From Synechococcus sp. (GTDB lineage Bacteria > Cyanobacteriota > Cyanobacteriia > PCC-6307 > Cyanobiaceae): a DNA stretch of 64,000 nucleotides. Position numbers and translations under genes: made by a program. This document shows positions 57,754-64,000 of the stretch, piece after piece (the first letter of the stretch is position 1; every line of letters starts with the position of its first letter). A model generated the notes under the pieces. The model saw only the letters and a program-made list of their open reading frames with translations, had not been told where the DNA came from and ran no database searches. The DNA is taken from contig JBJBCN010000002.1 in the NCBI GenBank assembly GCA_047285805.1, positions 928,001-992,000 of the forward strand, read 5' to 3'.

Positions 57754-58665
57754 ATGTTTAACATCATTCACAGAAACTTTCTTCTGTCCGTGCTTATCGC
57801 AGGATCATCTCTAGGACTAACATCAATACAACAACCAGCCTACGCGATCGACCCAAAGTGCCGAGAGATCAGCCTTCCCGCAAGTATCAAGACAGGGAGA
57901 GGGGACGGACAGATAAATAGTGGCAACGGGTGCTACTTCACTCCAGATTCTTATATCGTTAAGGCATACAAGCTTGGTCTTTGCGAAAACACGCAACCCC
58001 TTACATCTGCAGGATTCGACCCTTCTAAGTGTGCAGTCGTCTGGGAAAGTGATTCAGGCTATAGCGCTGACTTGGTTAACAATGGTACCGGATCTACATT
58101 CGCACTAAACGCTGGAGAAATTCAGCGTCCACCGAATGGAATATATAGATATGCGTTCATCATGATTGACCCTACAGTCCAACTAAAAGCCACCCTAGAA
58201 CTGGATGCTGAAACATGGGTTACAGACTCAAGCACATATGTTACAGCATCAGGAATCCAATACAATCTGGGAACTAATTCTGGCAATTCTCAACTTATTG
58301 ATTCAAGAACTGGATATCTGTCTCCCGACAATGGCACCACCAAAGTCTGCTTTGTTGAAAGTCTGGACGTCGAAGGGCTTAGCATCACAGCGGCGTTTAT
58401 CGACTCAGACCAGTCTTCTGTAGTTAACTCTGTAACAAGCACAGATAGCATTGGCGATAGCCAGACTGCTTGTCCGGCTTCATACATTGTCGGAGTTCAA
58501 CCTCTTACCGATCCCGTATCAATAAGTGATTCTACTACAAATATAGACCTTTCTTTCCTAATTACTGACAATGGCGCATGGGCGGAAAATTTCGCCGATG
58601 GAGCCGGCAATCAAGTGGTGTGGTTTGACATTGGTCCATTCAGCATTAAACTTACAGCCAACTAG
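57754..58665 (+). CDS. Hypothetical secreted beta-rich protein
   Basis: Sec signal (PAYA/ID), six Cys, Ser/Thr/Asp rich; 35 nt after barrel gene. Confidence 0.75.
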   Translation: MFNIIHRNFLLSVLIAGSSLGLTSIQQPAYAIDPKCREISLPASIKTGRGDGQINSGNGCYFTPDSYIVKAYKLGLCENTQPLTSAGFDPSKCAVVWESDSGYSADLVNNGTGSTFALNAGEIQRPPNGIYRYAFIMIDPTVQLKATLELDAETWVTDSSTYVTASGIQYNLGTNSGNSQLIDSRTGYLSPDNGTTKVCFVESLDVEGLSITAAFIDSDQSSVVNSVTSTDSIGDSQTACPASYIVGVQPLTDPVSISDSTTNIDLSFLITDNGAWAENFADGAGNQVVWFDIGPFSIKLTAN

Positions 58666-59126
58666 CATTGCGCAGCTAGGCCAATCCATTCCATTAGAAC
58701 TCGATTTTATTATAGACGCAGAAAAGCCATCCACGCAAATCAATTGTATTTCCCGGGCCTCATCAGAATAAAGCATCTTCGCCTCACAAGCTAACTCGAG
58801 CAATATTGCATTTATACGTGCGTAGAAGGCCTTTTCTTGTGTAGTTAAAGCAAGGTTTTTCCCTAACAGTTAGTGCCTCCTCCACTGCGACCCACTAGCA
58901 GTGATGCTATCCACCTACTGTTCATAGTAAAGAGTTGGGCGTGGATAACTCGGCTACACACCCCGTAGTCCCACGCTCACAATCAATCGCGTACGCGTGA
59001 TGGAAGCAAGGACTAACCCTTGTCGTGAGTCACAGGCACGAAGACAACCACTGCCAGCGGGATCATGTAAATCCCGGCAACAGTGCTTTCAGCAGAGGCT
59101 TCTGAGTCGATAAGGCGAAGGGCTTT

Positions 59127-59378
59127 CTACTGATATCGACCCTTAAAGGTGCGCCCAATTGCTACGAACAGGTTTTGTAGCCATCCCTCTACAGACCTCC
59201 AAAGGCGGAGCCTGAGTCGGGAAAAAATGCCAAAGAGCGATTCTCCCGCAGTGGATTTGGACTCCACTTGGGCATCCAGACAGGTCGAGCAGAGCACCAC
59301 CCCTTTAACGCGGCGATAGTGCTGGGTGGAACGCTCGATGAAGGTTCCGCACCCCCGGCAAGGAAAGATCGGGCTCAT
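59127..59378 (-). CDS. Small Zn-finger-like protein (CxxC-x17-CxxC)
   Basis: FPCRGCGTFIERSTQHYRRVKGVVLCSTCL. Confidence 0.7.
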   Translation of the reverse strand: MSPIFPCRGCGTFIERSTQHYRRVKGVVLCSTCLDAQVESKSTAGESLFGIFSRLRLRLWRSVEGWLQNLFVAIGRTFKGRYQ

Positions 59379-59468
59379 CGCCCAATGATCTAGGTCGCTC
59401 TGGGAGCCCGTCTGCAGCATCGATAGCCAACGGGGCGTAACCGTTCAGGGTCTTTGCATCCCTTCGCC

Positions 59469-59579
59469 ATGGAGATCAGCCCGACAGGATTGAGACAGAT
59501 CAAACGCTTCGAAGGCTGCCGGCTGGAGGCCTACCCCGATCCCGGCAGCGGCTGGAGGGTGGCCTTCAGCAAGCCATGA
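59469..59579 (+). pseudogene. N-terminal stub of a GH24 phage-type lysozyme
   Basis: MEISPTGLRQIKRFEGCRLEAYPDPGSG then diverges and stops at 36 aa. Confidence 0.75.
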
Positions 59580-59815
59580 ATGCGACTTCTACCAGCAAGC
59601 CGGGGAGCTGCAATACCGGATTCGAACGCAAGCGAGCGCTGGACAGCGCTTCGCCTGCCCAAGCTGTTGGCAACGCCAAAGCCAAGACCCCGGCTACCAA
59701 TACGGCGGAAACCGCAAGGCCAACCGGCGGGAGCGAGACAAACGAAAACGGCGTAGTTGAAGCGAACCAGCAATTCCTGAGCAGACTGAAGCGGTTCCAC
59801 CAAGGACTTTGGGCG

Positions 59816-60088
59816 ATGGGTACATCCGGCAGCCAAAGCGATGTGCGCGAGATGGTCAACGCCCATCTCTTCCCAGTGCTTGGACTTGTCGGCACCGTCT
59901 GTGCCGTCTCAGCCGCTATCCACCTGGCCTCAGTCGGCGGGCAGGCCGCCCGCTGGAATCGCTGCTACGACAACGGCCTGGCCTATCTGCTGGAGAGCCG
60001 TCCGGAGCTCAAGCAGCACGCCCAAGCCATCGCGGCGAATTTCTGCAATGGCGGCGCCCCCGTCGGCAAAAAATCCGGCGCCTCATGA
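59816..60088 (+). CDS. Small membrane protein with C-terminal FCNGG
   Basis: One TM, WNRC...ANFCNGG. Confidence 0.7.
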   Translation: MGTSGSQSDVREMVNAHLFPVLGLVGTVCAVSAAIHLASVGGQAARWNRCYDNGLAYLLESRPELKQHAQAIAANFCNGGAPVGKKSGAS

Positions 60089-60097
60089 CGGAGTCCT

Positions 60098-60301
60098 CTA
60101 ACGCTGGCCGTCTGGGCCCTCATAGGTGAATTCCATCAGGATCGCTGAGAAGAGATTCTTCAACTTCTGGAGCTGCTCCTGCTCCCGTGGATCAGGAGCA
60201 CCGGCCCAACGTTCGAGATGGAAGGTGACCGACTTCTGAAGCAGTCGAGCCGTATTGATATCGATCGACAGGTCAATCGTTTGGTCGTTCTCTGGTTCCA
60301 C
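60098..60301 (-). CDS. Small hypothetical protein
   Basis: RLLQKSV.FHLERWAG..DPREQEQL pattern, resembling picocyanobacterial small proteins. Confidence 0.65.
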   Translation of the reverse strand: MEPENDQTIDLSIDINTARLLQKSVTFHLERWAGAPDPREQEQLQKLKNLFSAILMEFTYEGPDGQR

Positions 60302-60332
60302 TGGCCACCGGGAATCAGGTCGTCAACGTTGT

Positions 60333-60596
60333 TCATCCCTTGGCCGATTGGCCCTTGAGGGATTCAAGAAAGGCAGCAGGTCCACTGGCCACAGGAGGAA
60401 GCTCCATCTTGGCCTCGCGTCCCTCCAGTGCAGCTTTGAGGGACTCGATCATCATCGTGTTCCCGGAGTTCTCCACGGCTTTAAGGGCTGCTTTTAGACG
60501 CGCTTCCCGGGAGACGCCGGCATCAGCAGAGACCACAGGGGAGGTGGCCCGGACGCTCTCGAGCTGCTTGGCCAGGTTCTCCCAAAGCAATCCCAT
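60333..60596 (-). CDS. Small hypothetical protein
   Basis: RLKAALKAVENSGNTMMIESLKAALEG; host-like codons. Confidence 0.65.
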   Translation of the reverse strand: MGLLWENLAKQLESVRATSPVVSADAGVSREARLKAALKAVENSGNTMMIESLKAALEGREAKMELPPVASGPAAFLESLKGQSAKG

Positions 60597-61192
60597 GATT
60601 CATCGATCAGTTGGGGCCAACCTCCCACGGGAGCTCAGCCCTCTCGTGGACTGGTTAAGGAAACGATGCAGCGGTATCCAGCCAAGACGGAGGCCGCCCC
60701 TCCCGGATGGAAGAGACGGCCTAACGCGCTCGTTCATGCATGGGATGCACCCGTTTCGTAAGGGAACGAAAGAAGGGGGCGGAGCCGCTGAGGAAGGACA
60801 CCTGGGGCCAGGTGTCCAGGTGTAGAGCAGTGGTACTCCTTGGGGCACCTGTGGCGGTGCAGATGGAGTGCCGACAGCTCAAACGCTCATGTTTGTTTGA
60901 TCTGACGGCCCGCTCACGGTTTGATGAAGACTGTTGGAGCAGGCGCCTTCAGTCAGCTCGCTCCTGACATCTGGTTGGGTGGAGTGTCGGCCATCAGAGG
61001 CGTCTCCGATCTCTATGGCCATAGCTTCGGCCAGAGCGTGGGGGAAGACAATCGGACTTAATGCCCATTGCGCCGGAGGCGAAACCATCCAAGAGTGGTT
61101 GAATGGCGTCGACGTGGGTCGGCTATCCGCGTTGCTTCGGGTAGCACCGGCTTAGATGGTCTCCATAGCGTTAAGTGCCATCCAAGCAACTC

Positions 61193-61417
61193 ATGGCTGA
61201 CACGAACACCCAGTGCGGCGGCAAGAAGAAAGCAATGCTGGCCTACGGGATCGTTCAGATCTCAGCCACGGTCATCTCCGCGATCTCTCTGGCGGCGATT
61301 GCCGTGGGCCTTTGCTCGATCAAGCAAGAAAGCAAAGCCTTCAACGGTTGCGTTGAAGAGATCGTCAGCGGCGGCAAGAGCACTGCTGCGGCTGTTCGCT
61401 ACTGCAACGGGGGCTGA
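61193..61417 (+). CDS. Small membrane protein with C-terminal YCNGG
   Basis: One TM, FNGC...AVRYCNGG. Confidence 0.75.
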   Translation: MADTNTQCGGKKKAMLAYGIVQISATVISAISLAAIAVGLCSIKQESKAFNGCVEEIVSGGKSTAAAVRYCNGG

Positions 61418-61453
61418 GCACTCGCGTTCACAACGCCCGCGCATCAGCATGGG

Positions 61454-61714
61454 GTGAGTGACTCGCCAGCGATGCTGATCAATCCGTTCTGCCCTATCAC
61501 GGGAGCCAAGATTCTCGGATTGAAGGCAACTGTTGTTCTGCTGCTCACCCTGCTGATCAAGGCCAAGATTCGAATCACGGCCTTCTCCGCCCTCGGCGGA
61601 CTCCTTTTGCTGCTGCAGACCCTGGCCTTCCTCGCGATCAGCGGTGGCTTGACCTTTGTGACAGCCGGTGCCGCGGTTTACGCCAACCAGCAGCGCAAAG
61701 CCGCGACGGCCTGA
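61454..61714 (+). CDS. Small hydrophobic membrane protein
   Basis: Two to three hydrophobic segments. Confidence 0.55.
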   Translation: MSDSPAMLINPFCPITGAKILGLKATVVLLLTLLIKAKIRITAFSALGGLLLLLQTLAFLAISGGLTFVTAGAAVYANQQRKAATA

Positions 61715-61722
61715 CTACAGCG

Positions 61723-62252
61723 CTAGCTGCCGTAGGCATCGATAAAGCTGGCCCGCACCGCAGCGACCAAAGTCTCGGAAAGGCCAGGCCGGTTCCCTGC
61801 AGGTACTGATCAAGGGCAGGCCCCAGCTGATCCTGCATGGCCAGACACTGAGCCGACGAGAGGGCTAGGGCTTGTTGATAGAGCTCCTTGTTCGTCTTGC
61901 CGAGATGGAGCAAACGGCAGCCCCCATCGAGAACCGCCGTCAGTTGCGGATCCCTGAGGCAGTGGCTTTCGCTGCCGGCATAGGGAAGACTGCGGTTGCG
62001 GATCACAGCGCGCACCAGAGCAAAGGAGCGCTGAGCCATTTCAGGACCGACCCGATCATCGGCCTGCCGTCGCTCCTTGATCTGAATCAAAGCATTGACC
62101 AACTCGGAGGCTTTAAACAGCGCCAGACACCGGCGCTGCTGCTGAGAGAGCGCGTCCAGCTGAGCAAGGTAATCAGCGACCGCCGCCAAATAGGCATTGT
62201 CTTTGTCAACCAGGGCTGGGCAGGACCGCCAACGCTCCATCGCCCCTGCCAC
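61723..62252 (-). pseudogene. Hypothetical protein with probable 1-nt frameshift near the 3' end
   Basis: Track ORF runs into the convergent gene; alternative frame from about 61780 gives SETLVAAVRASFIDAYGS* ending cleanly at 61723. Confidence 0.5.
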
Positions 62253-62285
62253 CGCTCATGCTGACCGTAGCCAGAGGGTGCCCTG

Positions 62286-62717
62286 ATGACCGTTGAACGC
62301 CTGCAGATTCCGACGCAGCATCCCTTTCAGTACATCGCCCTCACCGAAGCGCTGGAGCACTTCATCACCAAGCAAGGCGTCCTGGACGGAACGGTGCTGA
62401 TCAGCGGGCAACACACAACGACGGCCGTGATCGTCAACGAGATGGAGGAGCGTCTGATCTGGGACCTAGAGGCCTGGCTCGCGGAGATCGCCCCAGCCCA
62501 GCGCCCCTGGAGACACAACGACCTCGAGCTCCGACCGAACATTCTTGCCGATGAACCGCGCAATGCCCACGCCCATCTGCAGGCGCTACTGCTCGGCAAC
62601 CAGGTAATGGTCGCGGTCCAAGACGGAAAGCCCGTGCTGGGGACATATCAAGACGTGATCCTGGTGGAGTTGGACGGGCCGCGTCAGCGAACGGTGGCCC
62701 TGCAGTGGATTGCCTAG
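62286..62717 (+). CDS. yjbQ: YjbQ (UPF0047) secondary thiamine-phosphate synthase family
   Basis: HTTTAVIVNE, NAHAHL, LGTYQDVILVELDGPRQR. Confidence 0.9.
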   Translation: MTVERLQIPTQHPFQYIALTEALEHFITKQGVLDGTVLISGQHTTTAVIVNEMEERLIWDLEAWLAEIAPAQRPWRHNDLELRPNILADEPRNAHAHLQALLLGNQVMVAVQDGKPVLGTYQDVILVELDGPRQRTVALQWIA

Positions 62718-62743
62718 GGTCGGCGCCCCAACGTCATCCCGCC

Positions 62744-63040
62744 ATGCCCAGCCGCGAACAGATCCTGGCCTCCTCCGCCGGCTGGGTGGCGGTGCTCTTG
62801 AACGTGGTGCCGGGCCTTGGAGCGGGCTACCTCTACCAGCGCCGCTGGAAGGCCTACTGGATCACCTCGGTCCTGGCCACCGCCTGGTTTATCGCCGGAG
62901 CCGTGCTCGGCCAGGACGCCGAACCCGCCGCAGAAGCGCAGAACCAACTGTTGGGTCTGATCGGCCTGTTGCTGTTGGCCGGTGGCACCGCCACCGAAGC
63001 CGGCCTAGCGGTCAAGAAGGTGCGGGCGGCGTTGGACTGA
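62744..63040 (+). CDS. Hypothetical membrane protein
   Basis: LNVVPGLGAGYLYQRRWKAYW; three TM. Confidence 0.75.
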   Translation: MPSREQILASSAGWVAVLLNVVPGLGAGYLYQRRWKAYWITSVLATAWFIAGAVLGQDAEPAAEAQNQLLGLIGLLLLAGGTATEAGLAVKKVRAALD

Positions 63041-63046
63041 TCCGCG

Positions 63047-63478
63047 TTAGCTCGATTCGATCGCCTCCGTCTGAAGCGGAACCCAACGGCATCGGCCGTG
63101 GCGATCCGGGACTTGAACGCCAGCGTGACCCGTCAAGGCGACGACGGTTTCCTTGAGGCTGCTGAGGTTGATGGCGGTGGTATGACCGACCGGAGGTTCC
63201 ACCGCCGCCCAGCTGGCCGCGTCGCCACCGCTAAATTAACCCGAATATGTGTCAACTATGAGGGAGCCATCGCCGAGCGAGGAGGTCATCTGCACCGAGA
63301 CTCCCAGCTCAGGTGTCGGCCGGTAGACCGAGAGATCGGTGAAATATGACAGCTGGCCGCTCTGGCTGTCGAAGACGACACTGCGCCGGATTGAGCCACT
63401 GCACTCCAAGCGCTTCAAGGTTGGCGTGTGCTGCAACCCGGCGCCAAGAGCGCGGCGAGGGCGAACCAACGCAACCCA
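63047..63478 (-). pseudogene. Decayed lipoprotein gene
   Basis: Lipoprotein-like LRWFALAALLAPGC, a frameshift, then in-frame TAA at 63236-63238 with 62 further open codons. Confidence 0.45.
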
Positions 63479-63817
63479 CTAGCCAAAGGTGTTGCCATTC
63501 CAGCCCCAGCTGCTGGCCTTGACGTCCTCAAAAGCCACATAGATCCGCTTAGCGGGAATGCCGGTGCGCGCCTCGATCAGCTCACAAAAAGCTGCGGTCA
63601 TCGCCGGGGGCTTGAGGGCACCAATGGACTTGATCTCGACGTAGGCGCTGGGCTCGGTACTGCCCGCGAAGGTCATCGGCACCGCAGTCTCGAGCAGCGT
63701 CATCACATAGGACTCCGGCTTACCGGTCTGCTGGGCCAAGGCCGCCGAGAGTTCCTGGAGCAGCCCAGCGGCATCGGCCACCTCAGGCAACGACGTGCGG
63801 ACGTTGATCAGGGGCAT
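63479..63817 (-). CDS. MIF/phenylpyruvate tautomerase family protein
   Basis: N-terminal MPLI catalytic Pro, TGKPESYVM, KSIG, WGWNGNTF. Confidence 0.93.
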   Translation of the reverse strand: MPLINVRTSLPEVADAAGLLQELSAALAQQTGKPESYVMTLLETAVPMTFAGSTEPSAYVEIKSIGALKPPAMTAAFCELIEARTGIPAKRIYVAFEDVKASSWGWNGNTFG

Positions 63818-63855
63818 TGCAGCTCATGGGCACTGCCTCAAATGTGCTTCGACTC

Positions 63856-64000
63856 CTAAGGGGTGCAAGGGCCATCGGTCGTCACCTCGACTTCATCGCC
63901 GAGCTGCACCGAGGCGAGCATCGACCGCAGGGCCGGTTCTGAGACGTTCAGGCAGCCGCCGGTGACCTGCTTGCCGATGCGCTTCTCGTTGTTGCTGCCG
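63856..64000 (-). CDS. C-terminus of an L,D-transpeptidase (YkuD) protein, truncated by window edge
   Basis: GSNNEKRIGKQVTGGCLNV...GDEVEV catalytic-Cys segment. Confidence 0.75.
   Translation of the reverse strand, partial: GSNNEKRIGKQVTGGCLNVSEPALRSMLASVQLGDEVEVTTDGPCTP

Larger units (their letters stand above)
51400..59600. mobile_element. AT-rich genomic island remnant (limits approximate)
   Basis: Abrupt drop in GC near 52150-59100, integrase remnant, flanking paralogous repeats, lysozyme stub. Confidence 0.6.

Noticed and set aside
58930..59120. Hairpins (GGGCGTGG/CCACGCTC, CGGGAT/ATCCCG) as riboswitch or sRNA
   Set aside because: No recognisable family motif, promoter or terminator; short stems are expected by chance
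60888..61155. ORF with several in-frame TGA codons as a recoded gene
   Set aside because: No Cys-like context or SECIS-like hairpin evident; more simply a decayed or spurious ORF

Overview
GC-rich picocyanobacterial chromosome segment (Synechococcus/Cyanobium type, inferred from gene content). 1-8 kb is a phosphate-stress and arsenate island: Som-type porin, phoB-phoR, pstS, an orphan pstC followed by only a 22-codon pstA stub, and arsR/gap3-arsJ with a Pho box abutting two ArsR operators. 8-23 kb holds CP12, DUF3136, an atypical LuxR regulator, ferredoxin, a minus-strand run of amino-acid ABC transporter + MFS + selD fusion, pyrC, an OprB porin and DUF2252. 23.6-26.7 kb is a decaying cluster (MFS, PGM1-like ATP-grasp ligase, shortened USP). 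26.7-50.4 kb is mostly core or ordinary genes (iota-CA-like protein, GST, gor, agcS, carB, rsfS, talC, tRNA-fMet, GMC, cbiX, hli, symporter-SBP fusion). 50.5-63.5 kb is a variable region: a Yfr2-like sRNA, an integrase remnant, paralogous Zn-finger genes bracketing an AT-rich cargo (MFS-like protein, Fe-S/cNMP membrane protein, passenger-less inverse-autotransporter barrel plus a secreted partner), a phage lysozyme stub and many small or decayed ORFs. The best candidate for an undescribed system is the split inverse-autotransporter pair. All family calls come from motif recognition by eye; no database searches were run.
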